From NCBI GenBank assembly GCA_026416295.1, contig JAOAFL010000004.1, positions 4,311-68,310 on the forward strand: a stretch of DNA of 64,000 nt, given 5' to 3'. Origin of the DNA: Burkholderiales bacterium (GTDB taxonomy: Bacteria; Pseudomonadota; Gammaproteobacteria; Burkholderiales; SG8-39). The notes under the pieces were generated by a model. The model did no database searches and was not told the DNA's origin. It saw nothing but the letters and a program-made list of their open reading frames with translations. This document shows positions 45,852 through 58,769 of this stretch, piece after piece (position 1 is the first letter of the stretch; every line of letters begins with the position of its first letter). The position numbers and the translations under genes are program-made.

Positions 45852-47139
45852 TCGTAGCGCATCCGGGCCGAGCGCGCGTGCGCCGGCAAGCCCTCGCCGT
45901 CGGCGAGCGTCGCGGCGATGCGCCCGAGCGCGGCCGCGCCCTGCGCGCTCACCGCGATCACGCTCGAGCGTTTCTGGAAGTCGTACACCCCGAGCGGCGA
46001 GGCAAAACGCGCGGTGCCGGCGGTCGGCAGCACATGGTTCGGACCGGCGCAGTAGTCGCCGAGCGCCTCGGAGCTGAAGCGCCCGAGGAAGAGCGCGCCG
46101 GCGTGGTGGAGCCGCGGAAGCAGCGCGTCGGGATCGGCGACGAGCAGCTCCAGGTGCTCCGGTGCGATGCGGTCGGCGAGCGCGCATGCTTCCTCGAGGT
46201 CGCGCACGAGAACGAGCGCGCCGCGCCGCTCGAGCGAGGCTTCGATCACCGCGCGCCGCGGCATCTGCGGCAGCAGCCGCGCGATCGCCTCGGCGACCGC
46301 CTCGCGCCACGGCGCCGACGGGGTGAGCAGGATCGCCTGCGCCGCCTCGTCGTGCTCGGCCTGGGAAAAGAGGTCCATCGCCGCCCATTCGGCGGGCGCG
46401 CTGCCGTCGCCGATCACGACGATCTCGGAGGGGCCGGCGATCATGTCGATGCCGACCGCACCGAACACCTGCCGCTTGGCGGCGGCGACGTAGGCGTTTC
46501 CGGGTCCGACGATCTTGTCGACGCGCGGCACCGTTTCCGTGCCGTAGGCGAGCGCGGCGATCGCCTGCGCCCCGCCCAGGGCGAACACGCGATCGACGCC
46601 CGCGAGCGCCGCCGCCGCGAGGACGAGCGGGTTGCGCTCGCCGCCCGGCGCGGGGCAGGTCATCACGAGCTCGCGCACGCCGGCCACTTTCGCCGGGATC
46701 GCGTTCATGAGCACCGTCGAGGGGTAGGCCGCCTTGCCGCCCGGGACATACAGGCCGACGCGCTCGAGCGGCAGCACGCGCTGACCGAGGCGCGTGCCGT
46801 CGGCGTCGCGATACTCCCACGACTGCGCGAGCTGGCGCTCGTGAAACCGGCGTATGCGCTCGGCCGCTTCCGCGAGCGCCTGCGCCTGCGCGCGCGGCAG
46901 GCGCGCGCGCGCCGCTTCGAGCTCTGCGCGCGGCACCTCCAGCGCGCGCACCGAGGCGGCGGCGACGCGATCGAAGCGCTGCGTGTACTCGAGCAGCGCC
47001 GCGTCGCCCCGCGCGCGCACGTCGGCGAGGATCGCGCGCACGGCGGCGGTGACCGCCTCGTCCTCGACCGCCTCGTAGCGCGTGAGCGTCTCGAGGGCGG
47101 CCGCAAACCCCGGGTCGGTGCTCGCGAGCCGGCGCAGCC

Positions 47140-47143
<4 letters not shown>
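45848..47143 (-). CDS. hisD: histidinol dehydrogenase
   Basis: 431 aa with the motifs [29 protein letters not shown] and NHVLPT. Confidence 0.95.
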
Positions 47144-49278
<2,135 letters not shown>

Positions 49279-49282
49279 CGCG

Positions 49283-50038
49283 TCAACCGCGCAGCTTGTA
49301 GCCGGATTTCAACAGCGCCAGCGTCGCCGCCGTGATCGCCGCGAAGCTTACCGCGGCGACCGCGAGACTCGCGAGCGGGGCGACGTCCGAGACGCCGAGA
49401 AAGCCGTAGCGAAACCCGTCGACGAGGTAGAAAAACGGGTTGAAGTGCGAGGCCGCGCGCCAGACGACGGGCAGCGCCTCGACCGAATAGAACACGCCGG
49501 CGAGGAACGTGAGCGGCAGGACGACGAAGTTCTGGAACGCGGCGAGCTGGTCGAACTTGTCGGCAAGCACGCCCGCGACCAGCCCGAGCGCGCCGAGCGT
49601 CGCCGCGCCGAGCAGCGCGAACGCGAGCGACCACAGCGGCGCGACCGGTCGCAGCTCGACGAACGGCGCGGTCGCCGCGAGCACGCCGGCACCGACCACC
49701 AGCCCGCGCACGACGGCCGCGGCGACGTAGGCGGCGTAGAACTCCAGGTGCGAAATCGGCGCAAGGAGCACGAACACGAGGTTACCGGTGATCTTCGACT
49801 GGATGAGGCTCGAGGAGCTGTTCGCGAACGCGTTCTGCAGCACGCTCATCATCGCGAGCCCCGGCACGAGGAATTCGCCCCAGGCGCCGCCGCCGGGCGC
49901 AGGCCCCCGCCCCTCGAGCGCCTGAACGAAAACGACGAGATACAGAAGCGCGGTGAGCACCGGGGCGGCGACCGTCTGGAAAATCACCTTCCAGAAGCGC
50001 AGCACCTCCTTCGCGAAGAGGGTCGGAAAGCCGCTCAT
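49283..50038 (-). CDS. ABC-2 type transporter permease (YadH-like)
   Basis: 251 aa from the ATG at 50038, which overlaps the ATPase stop. It has 6 TM helices and the motif NPFFYLVDGFRYGFLG. Confidence 0.85.
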   Translation of the reverse strand: MSGFPTLFAKEVLRFWKVIFQTVAAPVLTALLYLVVFVQALEGRGPAPGGGAWGEFLVPGLAMMSVLQNAFANSSSSLIQSKITGNLVFVLLAPISHLEFYAAYVAAAVVRGLVVGAGVLAATAPFVELRPVAPLWSLAFALLGAATLGALGLVAGVLADKFDQLAAFQNFVVLPLTFLAGVFYSVEALPVVWRAASHFNPFFYLVDGFRYGFLGVSDVAPLASLAVAAVSFAAITAATLALLKSGYKLRG

Positions 50039-50937
50039 CCCGGCCGCGCCATCACGCGCAGGAAGACCTCTTCCAGGTCGGGCGGGTGCAGCTCGAACTC
50101 GGCGATGCGGACCCCGGCGCCGCGCAGCCGCGCAAGCACCTGCTCGAGCTCGGCAAGATCGCGCAGCCGCAGCACAAAGCGCGTGCCGTCCCGCCCCGCG
50201 ACCGGCAGCCCGAGGTCCTCGGGAAGGTCCTCGCGGTCGAGGCGCAGCTTCAGCACGAAGCCGGAAAACGTGGCGAGCAGGTTTTTCGTCGAATCGAGCG
50301 CGACGACGCGGCCGGCCTTCAGCATCGCGATGCGGTCGCACATCTGCTCGGCCTCATCGAGGTAATGGGTCGTCAGCACGATCGTGTGGCCGTCGCGATT
50401 GAGCTGCCGCACGAACCGCCAAAGCCCCTGGCGCAGCTCGACGTCCACCCCGGCGGTCGGCTCGTCGAGCACGATCACCGGCGGCCGGTGCACGAGCGCC
50501 TGCGCGACGAGCACGCGCCGCTTCATGCCGCCCGAGAGCGCGCGCATGTTGACGTCGGCCTTGTCCGCGAGATCGAGCTGGTGCATCACCTCCTCGATCC
50601 AGTCGTCGTTCGCGCGCAACCCGAAATACCCCGATTGCAGGCGCAGCGTCTCGCGCACGGTGAAGAACGGGTCGAAGACCAGTTCCTGCGGCACGACGCC
50701 GAGCGCTCGCCGCGCTCGCCGGTAGTCGCGAGCGACGTCGGCGCCGAGCACGCGCGCGGTGCCGGCCGTCGGGCGCACGAGCCCCGCGACGATGCTGATG
50801 AAGGTGGTCTTGCCAGCGCCGTTCGGTCCGAGCAGGCCGAAGCATTCGCCTTCGCGCACCGCGAGCGTGACCCCGGCGAGCGCCGCGAGCGCCCCGTACC
50901 GTTTTTCCAGGCCGATCGTCTCGATCGCGTAGGTCAT
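50035..50937 (-). CDS. ABC-2 type transporter ATP-binding protein (YadG-like)
   Basis: 300 aa from the ATG at 50937, with GPNGAGKTT, LSGGMKRR and VIVLDEPTAG. Confidence 0.9.
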   Translation of the reverse strand: MTYAIETIGLEKRYGALAALAGVTLAVREGECFGLLGPNGAGKTTFISIVAGLVRPTAGTARVLGADVARDYRRARRALGVVPQELVFDPFFTVRETLRLQSGYFGLRANDDWIEEVMHQLDLADKADVNMRALSGGMKRRVLVAQALVHRPPVIVLDEPTAGVDVELRQGLWRFVRQLNRDGHTIVLTTHYLDEAEQMCDRIAMLKAGRVVALDSTKNLLATFSGFVLKLRLDREDLPEDLGLPVAGRDGTRFVLRLRDLAELEQVLARLRGAGVRIAEFELHPPDLEEVFLRVMARPG

Positions 50938-50983
50938 CGTGCCCGGAGGGCGGCGACGCGCGCCGCGCGGCCGTGCGCGCGGT

Positions 50984-51289
50984 TCAGTGGGCGCGCCCGG
51001 CCGCGGGCCGCGCGCGCGGCAGGAAATCCGCGACGCCGTAGAGCCGCGCGATCGCCAGCAATCCCTCGGGCAGGCCGGCGAACGCGAGTTCGCGTCCGCG
51101 CGCGCGCGCCGCGCGCCGCCAGGCAAGCAGCAGCGCGAGCGCCGAGGAGTCGACCTCGCTCACTTCGCCGAGGTCCACGGTGGCGACGCCGGCTTCGATC
51201 TGCGCCTGCCCTTCCTCGAAGAGCTGCGCCACCGTCGCGAGCGTCGCCGGGCCGGCGACGATCATGCGGTCGGCCTCGCGCCGGATCAC
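50984..51289 (-). CDS. mlaB: STAS-domain protein, MlaB-like
   Basis: The GTG at 51289 overlaps the mlaC stop (GTGA). The 101-aa product reads VDLGEVSEVDSSALALLLAWRRAARARG. Confidence 0.7.
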   Translation of the reverse strand: MIRREADRMIVAGPATLATVAQLFEEGQAQIEAGVATVDLGEVSEVDSSALALLLAWRRAARARGRELAFAGLPEGLLAIARLYGVADFLPRARPAAGRAH

Positions 51290-51930
51290 GACTTTCTTTC
51301 CGCTGTCGTCGGGCCGCGCTCGATCGCCGTGTTTTTCGCCTGCAGCGCCTTGATCAGCCCGTCGATGCCGCCATTGCGCACCGCGTTGTCGAACTCGGTG
51401 CGGTAGTTGGCGACCAGGCTGATGCCGGCGATGCGCACATCCCACACCTTCCAGCCGCCGGGGCGCTTCTCCATGTCGTACTCGAGCTGGATCGGTTCGG
51501 CGCCCGACTGCAGGATGCGCACCGTGACGGTGACGTCGGTGTCGGTAGGCTTTGCGCGCAGCGGACGGAAATCGAACTTCTGGTCGCGGTAGGCGGCGAT
51601 CGAGCTCGCGTAGGTGCGAACGAGCAGGGTGCGGAACTCCTCGACGAGCCGCGCGCGCTGCTCAGGCGTCGCCTTCGCCCAGTGCCGGCCGACTGCGCTC
51701 GCCGTCATCGCCTCGAAATTGAAGTGCGGCAGAACCTTCGTCTGGATGAGGTCGATCACCTTGCGGCGGTCGCCCGCCTGGATGTCCTTGTCCTTCTTTA
51801 CGATGTCGACGACCTCGAGCGTGACGTTCTTGACGAGCACGTCGGGGGGAACGAGATCCTGCGCGCGCGCCGTGGCGGCGAGCGCGAGGCAGGCCGCGAA
51901 CGCCGCGGCGGCACGAGCGAGCGACTGCAC
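51286..51930 (-). CDS. mlaC: phospholipid-binding periplasmic protein MlaC (Ttg2D family)
   Basis: 214 aa with a signal peptide: VLPHFNFEAMTASAVGRHW...WKVWDVRIAGISLVANYR. Confidence 0.9.
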   Translation of the reverse strand: MQSLARAAAAFAACLALAATARAQDLVPPDVLVKNVTLEVVDIVKKDKDIQAGDRRKVIDLIQTKVLPHFNFEAMTASAVGRHWAKATPEQRARLVEEFRTLLVRTYASSIAAYRDQKFDFRPLRAKPTDTDVTVTVRILQSGAEPIQLEYDMEKRPGGWKVWDVRIAGISLVANYRTEFDNAVRNGGIDGLIKALQAKNTAIERGPTTAERKS

Positions 51931-51933
51931 CCC

Positions 51934-52851
51934 CTAGCCTCCGCGGGGCGCGCCGGCCGGCGCCGAGCCGACGAAAGGCTCCGCGTGCGATTGCGGCGCA
52001 GCGGCCGGTTCCTCGAGCAGCGCGCCGGCGCGCGAAAGGTCGCGCCGCGCCTCTTCGGCGCCCGGCCGCTCCTCGAGCGCCGCGCCGGCGTGCGGCAGAT
52101 CGGCGCGTTCGGCGCGCGGGGCCTCGGGGCGCTCGGCCCGCGGCGGATTGCCGTCGTGGATCAGGCTCCTGCGGCGCTGCAGGTACGCGTCGCGCTGGAA
52201 CACGTACTTGTCGAGCGCCGCCTCCTCGAGAATGCGGCTTGCGTCGAGCAGGTCGGCGCGCCGTCCGACCGCGCGCAGCACGAGCATGAACCGACGGGGA
52301 TCGCGCGGCTCGTGGCGCCAGACCGGGTCGAGCCCGATGTCGAACACGAGCCCCACCGTGTCGCGCACCGTGCTCGAGCCGAGGAACGGCCAGACGATGT
52401 AGGCGCCGTCGGGCACGCCCCAGCGACCGAACGTCTGTCCGAAGTCCTCGTCGTGCTTCTCGAAACCCATGTCCGAGGCGACATCGTTGATCCCGAACAG
52501 GCCGATCGTCGTATTGAACGCGAACCGCGCCCAGTCGGAGAGCGCGTCCGCCGGCTTGCCCTGCAGGAGGTTGTTCACGCCGATGAAGAGGTCGGCGATG
52601 TTCGAGAAAAAGTTCCGCACCCACGTGCGCACCGGGCCGGGGATCACCTCCCGGTAGGCGGTCGCCACCGGCTTGCCGATCGCCTGGTCGAAGGCCTCGT
52701 TGAACGAGAACATCGCGCGGTTGAAGCCCTCGATCGGGTCGCGCGGGTCGCCGTTCGGCGTCGCGCAGCCGGCAGAAAGCGCGACCAGCAAGGCGGCCGC
52801 CGCGCGCCGCAGCTTCGCGCCCCAGCCCGCGCCCAGTGTGTCCCTGCTCAC
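51934..52851 (-). CDS. mlaA: outer-membrane lipoprotein MlaA/VacJ
   Basis: 305 aa with the lipobox LSAGC: DPIEGFNRAMFSFNEAFD...FGINDVASDMG...FGQTFGRWG. The C-terminal ~70 aa form a charged low-complexity tail. Confidence 0.9.
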   Translation of the reverse strand: MSRDTLGAGWGAKLRRAAAALLVALSAGCATPNGDPRDPIEGFNRAMFSFNEAFDQAIGKPVATAYREVIPGPVRTWVRNFFSNIADLFIGVNNLLQGKPADALSDWARFAFNTTIGLFGINDVASDMGFEKHDEDFGQTFGRWGVPDGAYIVWPFLGSSTVRDTVGLVFDIGLDPVWRHEPRDPRRFMLVLRAVGRRADLLDASRILEEAALDKYVFQRDAYLQRRRSLIHDGNPPRAERPEAPRAERADLPHAGAALEERPGAEEARRDLSRAGALLEEPAAAPQSHAEPFVGSAPAGAPRGG

Positions 52852-53330
52852 TTCTTCGCGTCCTTTTCTTCCCTGCCCTCGGCCGCCCTGCTGTACAGGA
52901 ACTGGCTGATCAGGTTCTCCAGCACCACCGCCGACTGCGTCAGGCGCAGCCGGTCGCCGTTTTTCAGCATCACCCCGTCGCCGCCGGCCTCCAGCCCGAT
53001 GTACTGTTCGCCGAGCAGCCCCGAGGTGAGGATCTTCGCCGCCGTGTCGCGCGGGAACTGATAGCGGCTGGCGATGCTGAGCGTCACGATCGCTTCGTAG
53101 CTCTCGTTGTCGAAGCGGATGTCCGTGACGCGGCCGACCACCACGCCGGCGCTCTTCACGGGCGCCCTCACCTTGAGGCCTCCGATGTTAGCAAACTTCG
53201 CCTGGACCTGATACGCGTCCTCCGGCCCGAAGGAGGCGAGATTGCCCACCTTGAGGGCGAGAAACAACAGCGCGCCGAAGCCGGCGGCGACGAAGGCGCC
53301 GACCCAGGCGTCGATGGTGGAGCGTTTCAT
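52848..53330 (-). CDS. mlaD: MCE-domain protein MlaD
   Basis: 160 aa with an N-terminal TM: [24 protein letters not shown]. Confidence 0.9.
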   Translation of the reverse strand: MKRSTIDAWVGAFVAAGFGALLFLALKVGNLASFGPEDAYQVQAKFANIGGLKVRAPVKSAGVVVGRVTDIRFDNESYEAIVTLSIASRYQFPRDTAAKILTSGLLGEQYIGLEAGGDGVMLKNGDRLRLTQSAVVLENLISQFLYSRAAEGREEKDAKK

Positions 53331-54145
53331 CGCGCGTTTCCTCCGGTAAACATGAACGCGGTGAGCACGAAGTCGAGGGCGAGGATCGCGAGCGACGAGG
53401 TGACCACCGTGCGCGTGGTCGCCCGCGACACCCCTTCGGCCGTGGGCGGCGCGTCGTAGCCTTCGAACACCGCGATCCAGCTCACCGCGACGCCGAACAC
53501 CACGCTCTTGATCACGCCGTTTAGCACGTCCTCGCGGAAATCGACCGACGCCTGCATCTGCGACCAGAACGCGCCCTCGTCGACGCCGATCAGCTGCACC
53601 CCGACGAGCCAGCCGCCGAAGATGCCCATCGCCGAAAACAGCGCCGCAAGCAGCGGCATTGAGATCACCCCCGCCCAGAAGCGCGGCGCGACCACGCGCG
53701 CGATCGGGTCGACCGCCATCATCTCCATCGCCGCGATCTGCTCGGTCGCCTTCATCAGCCCGATTTCCGCGGTGATCGCGCTGCCGGCCCGGCTCGCAAA
53801 AAGCAGCCCGGCCACGACCGGCCCGAGCTCGCGCACGAGCGACAGCGCAACGAGGATCCCGAGCGCCTCGGACGAACCGTAGCGCTGCAGCGTCTCGTAG
53901 CCCTGCAGCCCGAGCACCATGCCGACGAAGAGCCCGGAGACGAGGATGATGATGAGCGAGAGCACGCCGGCGAAATAGATCTCGCGCACCGTAAGCGCAA
54001 AGCGCCGCAGCGCGACGCCGGAGTGAAGCAGCATGTAGGCGAAGAAGCGCGAGGCGAAGCCGAGCCGCAGGATGCGCGCGGTCACCGCCGCACCGAGCCG
54101 CTCGAGCCCCGCGCGCACGCTGCCCACGGCCGCCCGCTCAGCCAT
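53327..54145 (-). CDS. mlaE: Mla ABC transporter permease MlaE
   Basis: 272 aa reading [41 protein letters not shown]. Confidence 0.9.
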   Translation of the reverse strand: MAERAAVGSVRAGLERLGAAVTARILRLGFASRFFAYMLLHSGVALRRFALTVREIYFAGVLSLIIILVSGLFVGMVLGLQGYETLQRYGSSEALGILVALSLVRELGPVVAGLLFASRAGSAITAEIGLMKATEQIAAMEMMAVDPIARVVAPRFWAGVISMPLLAALFSAMGIFGGWLVGVQLIGVDEGAFWSQMQASVDFREDVLNGVIKSVVFGVAVSWIAVFEGYDAPPTAEGVSRATTRTVVTSSLAILALDFVLTAFMFTGGNAR

Positions 54146-54956
54146 CGGCCGCCTCCAGCCCGAGATCGGCGCCCCAGCGCGGCGCCGGATAGTGAAACGG
54201 GATCGGGCCGTCGATCTCGCCGGCGACGAACTGGCGCACGAACGGGTGATCCGAACGGCGCAGCGCCGCCGGCGTGCCGTGCGCGACCACGCGTCCCGGC
54301 GACATCATGTAGACGTAGTCCACCAGATCGAAGCACTCGGCCACATCGTGGCTGACGACGATCGAGGTCTGGCCGAGCGAGTCGTTCAGTTGCCGGATCA
54401 GGCGCGCGATCACGCCGAGCGAGATCGGGTCGAGGCCGGTGAACGGCTCGTCGTAGAGCATCAGTTCCGGATCGAGCGCGATCGCGCGCGCGAGCGCCAC
54501 CCGCCGCGCCATGCCGCCGGACAGTTCGCCGGGCATCCGGTGCGCCGCGCCGCGCAGGCCGACCGCCTCGAGCTTGAGCATCGCGAGGTCATGAATCAGC
54601 GCCTCGGGCAGATCGGTATGCTCGCGCATCTGGAAGGCGACGTTCTCGAACGCGGTCATGTCGGTAAACAGCGCGCCGAACTGAAACAGCATCCCCATGC
54701 GACGGCGCAGCGCAAAGATCTCCGCATCGCCGAGCCCGGCGAGGTCGCGTCCGAGGACGCGCACCGAGCCGGCCGAGGGCCGCAGCCAGCCGGCGATCAT
54801 GCGCAAAAGCGTCGTCTTGCCGCAACCCGACTGCCCCATGATCGCGACCACCGCGCCGCGCGGGATCGAGACGCTCACGCGGTCCAGCGCGAGCCGCGCC
54901 GGGTCGTAGCCGAACGAGACGTTCTCGATCTCGACGATGGGAGCGAGGCCGGCCAC
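54138..54956 (-). CDS. mlaF: Mla ABC transporter ATP-binding protein MlaF
   Basis: 272 aa with a GTG start, [23 protein letters not shown] and [12 protein letters not shown]. Confidence 0.9.
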   Translation of the reverse strand: MAGLAPIVEIENVSFGYDPARLALDRVSVSIPRGAVVAIMGQSGCGKTTLLRMIAGWLRPSAGSVRVLGRDLAGLGDAEIFALRRRMGMLFQFGALFTDMTAFENVAFQMREHTDLPEALIHDLAMLKLEAVGLRGAAHRMPGELSGGMARRVALARAIALDPELMLYDEPFTGLDPISLGVIARLIRQLNDSLGQTSIVVSHDVAECFDLVDYVYMMSPGRVVAHGTPAALRRSDHPFVRQFVAGEIDGPIPFHYPAPRWGADLGLEAADG

Positions 54957-54983
54957 CGGTGAACGCCGCGCGCAAAGGGCGTC

Positions 54984-54989
54984 ATTCTA
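54984..54989 (-). promoter_or_regulatory. candidate -10 box TAGAAT for the mla...tat supercluster
   Basis: The minus strand reads ctcgagTAGAATgacgccctttgcgcgcggcgttcaccgGTG. Confidence 0.45.
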
Positions 54990-55015
54990 CTCGAGCGCTC
55001 GCGCCCGCTGCGTTT

Positions 55016-55021
55016 TATAGT
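55016..55021 (+). promoter_or_regulatory. candidate -10 box TATAGT, 6 nt upstream of the ATG at 55028 (possible leaderless transcript)
   Basis: gcgtttTATAGTtgcgccATG, back-to-back with the mlaF -10 in a 71-bp intergenic region. Confidence 0.4.
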
Positions 55022-55027
55022 TGCGCC

Positions 55028-55757
55028 ATGACGGCGGCGGCCGCCACCCCTGCCCTGCACGCGCACGAGCTTACCAAGCGCTACGGCGCGAAGCTCGCGC
55101 TCGCCGGGGTCAGTCTCGCGGTCGCGGCGGGAACGGCGTTCGGCCTGGTCGGCGCAAACGGCGCCGGAAAAACCACCTTGCTCAAGTGCGCGCTCGACCA
55201 TTGCGCGCCCGATGCCGGCCGGGTCGAGTTTTTCGGCGTGCCGGCGAACGTGCCGCGCGCGCGGGCGCGCCTCGTCTATCTGCCCGAGCGCTTCTCGCCC
55301 CCGCATTACATGCGGGGAGGGGAGTTTCTCGCGATGACCGCCGCCTTGGCCGGCGAGCGGTTCGAACGCGCGAAGGCCGAGCGGCTCCTCGCCGAGCTCG
55401 AGCTCGAGGTCGACGTGCTCGAGCGTCCGGTGCGGCAGCTGTCGAAGGGCATGACGCAGAAACTCGGGCTCGCGGGCTGCCTGCTTCCGACGAAGGATCT
55501 GTACCTGTTCGACGAGCCGATGAGCGGGCTCGATCCGGCCGGGCGCGTCGCGGTGAAGGCGATCCTCGCGCGGCTCAACCGCGAGGGCCGGACGCTTTTC
55601 TTCACCTCGCATGTGCTCGCCGACGTCGAAGAGGTCTGCAGCGCGATCGCGGTGCTCGACCGCGGTCGGGTGCGCTTCGTCGGCGCGCCGCGCGCGCTGC
55701 GCGAGCGCTACGGCGAGCCGACCCTCGAGCGTGCGTTTCTCGCGTGCCTGCGCGACC

Positions 55758-55774
<17 letters not shown>
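55028..55774 (+). CDS. ABC transporter ATP-binding protein (ABC-2/NatA-like) without an adjacent permease
   Basis: 248 aa with Walker A GANGAGKTT, the degenerate signature LSKGMTQK, Walker B LYLFDEPMSGLD and H-loop FFTSH. The next gene is a regulator, not a permease. Confidence 0.85.
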
Positions 55775-57209
<1,435 letters not shown>

Positions 57210-57210
57210 C

Positions 57211-58704
57211 GTGGCGCTCTATCTCGATCACTTCGGTCTGGCGCAGGCGCCGTTTCGCATCACGCCGCACCCCGACTTTTTCTTCGAGGGCGCAGAGCGC
57301 GGCGCGACGCTCGAGGCGCTCCTCTACGCGATCCTGCACGACGAGGGCATCGTCAAGGTGACCGGCGAGGTCGGCAGCGGCAAGACGATGCTGTGCCGCG
57401 TGCTCCTCGAGCGGCTGCCGCCGCAGGTGCAGACGGTGTTTCTCGCCAATCCGTCGTATTCGCGCGCCGAGATCGTCGAGGCGATCGCCGAGGAACTGGA
57501 CGTGCGCCCGGCCGCGGGCGCCGCCGCGGTCTCGATTCGCGACCTGCAGTCGCACCTGATCGCGCAATACGCCGAGGGGCGGCGCGTGGTGGTGCTGATC
57601 GACGAGGCGCACGCGATGCCGCGCGATGCGCTCGAGCAGGTGCGCCTGCTCACCAATCTGGAGACCGGCCGCGCGAAGCTGCTGCAGATCGTCCTCTTCG
57701 GCCAGCCCGAACTGGACGAAGCGCTCGATGCCGCGGCAATGCGACAGCTGAAGGACCGCATCACGCACAGTTTTCGCATGCGGCCGCTGTCGCCGCCGGA
57801 AGTCGGGCGCTACCTCGCGCACCGCATGCGCGCGGCGGGCTACCGCGGTCCCGACGTGTTCTCGCCGGCCGCGGTCGCCGAGATCGCGCGCGGCTCTGGC
57901 GGCCTCGTGCGCCGGATCAACGTGCTCGCCGACAAGGCGCTGCTCGCCGCGTTCGCCGCCGGCGAGCATGCCGTCGGTGCAGCGCACGTGCGCGCGGCGA
58001 TCGCCGACTCGGACTTCGCACCGATCGCCCCGACCCGCCGCGCGCGCGCGCTGCGCGCCGGGCTCGCCGGTGCGGCACTGGTCGCGGTCGGTGCGGTCGC
58101 GGGCGCAGGACTGTACGCGCTGCTGAACGACGACCCGACGGTTTCCGCGCCCGCCTCCCCCGCGCCTTCCGCCGCCCCTGCCCCGCCGAGCGCTCCTTCC
58201 GCGACGGAGAGTACGGTGACGCGAGCACCGATGCAGGCGCAAGCCGTTGCGCCCGAGCCGCCCCGACTCGCCGACCAGCCGGCGCAGGCCCCGATTTCGG
58301 AGGCGCCGACGGCGGCCGAGCCGCTGCTCAGGCCGGAACAGCTCAGGCGCCTGCTCGCGTATCCGACCGGCGGCAATCGGCTGCTCAAGGAACGCATCGC
58401 CGCCGCGCGCGAGCGGCTCGAGCGCGAGCCGGACTCGCACTGGAGCGTCGAGCTTTTCGTGACCGACAACAGCGACGCCGCGCGCACCGAGCGCTTCCTG
58501 CTGCGCGCGCGCGACATGGTGCCGATCGAGGACGTCTACGTAATCCCGGTGCTTGCCGGGCGTCGCTACCGCATCCGGGTGACGTTCGGTGCGTATGCGG
58601 CGCGCGAGGAAGCGCTCGAGGCAGCGCGCAGGCTGCCGCCCAAGTACCAGCGCGCGTTCCAGCTCGAGCCTCGCTCCTTCATGGAGCTGCGCGCCGAGGT
58701 CTGA
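57211..58704 (+). CDS. ExeA/GspA/MshM-like AAA ATPase with TM segment and SPOR-like C-terminal domain
   Basis: The GTG lies 1 nt after the regulator stop. The product reads MALYLDHFGLAQAPFRITPHPDFFF...GEVGSGKTMLCR...VVLIDEAH, then a TM segment (LAGAALVAVGAVAGAGLYALL), a Pro/Ala linker, and the C-terminus WSVELFVT...RYRIRVTFGAYAAREEALEAARRLP. Confidence 0.85.
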   Translation: MALYLDHFGLAQAPFRITPHPDFFFEGAERGATLEALLYAILHDEGIVKVTGEVGSGKTMLCRVLLERLPPQVQTVFLANPSYSRAEIVEAIAEELDVRPAAGAAAVSIRDLQSHLIAQYAEGRRVVVLIDEAHAMPRDALEQVRLLTNLETGRAKLLQIVLFGQPELDEALDAAAMRQLKDRITHSFRMRPLSPPEVGRYLAHRMRAAGYRGPDVFSPAAVAEIARGSGGLVRRINVLADKALLAAFAAGEHAVGAAHVRAAIADSDFAPIAPTRRARALRAGLAGAALVAVGAVAGAGLYALLNDDPTVSAPASPAPSAAPAPPSAPSATESTVTRAPMQAQAVAPEPPRLADQPAQAPISEAPTAAEPLLRPEQLRRLLAYPTGGNRLLKERIAAARERLEREPDSHWSVELFVTDNSDAARTERFLLRARDMVPIEDVYVIPVLAGRRYRIRVTFGAYAAREEALEAARRLPPKYQRAFQLEPRSFMELRAEV

Positions 58705-58754
58705 AAGGGGCATGGCGACAGGGGGTCGGCGAATTTGTTGACACCCTGGGGGTG

Positions 58755-58760
58755 TTATAT
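58755..58760 (+). promoter_or_regulatory. candidate -10 box TTATAT, 9 nt upstream of the secretin ATG
   Basis: TTGACAccctgggggtgTTATATcctgtcggcATG. The TTGACA is only 11 nt upstream of the hexamer, so -35/-10 spacing is non-canonical. Confidence 0.3.
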
Positions 58761-58769
58761 CCTGTCGGC

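Noticed and set aside
51934-52150. The C-terminal ~70-aa extension of MlaA with internal near-repeats (PRAER x2; AGA(A)LLEE(R)P x2).
   Set aside because: Charged low-complexity tails are common in GC-rich lipoproteins. There is no sign of a separate domain or an independent ORF.
58705-58769. A search for a sigma-54 (GG-N10-GC, TGGCAC-N5-TTGC) promoter upstream of the secretin, expected because a sigma-54 activator is encoded just upstream. The stretch catGGCgacagggggtcGGC was examined.
   Set aside because: The spacing and the -12 element do not fit the consensus. No convincing -24/-12 promoter was seen here or before gspE (61969-62018), so target promoters may lie outside the window.
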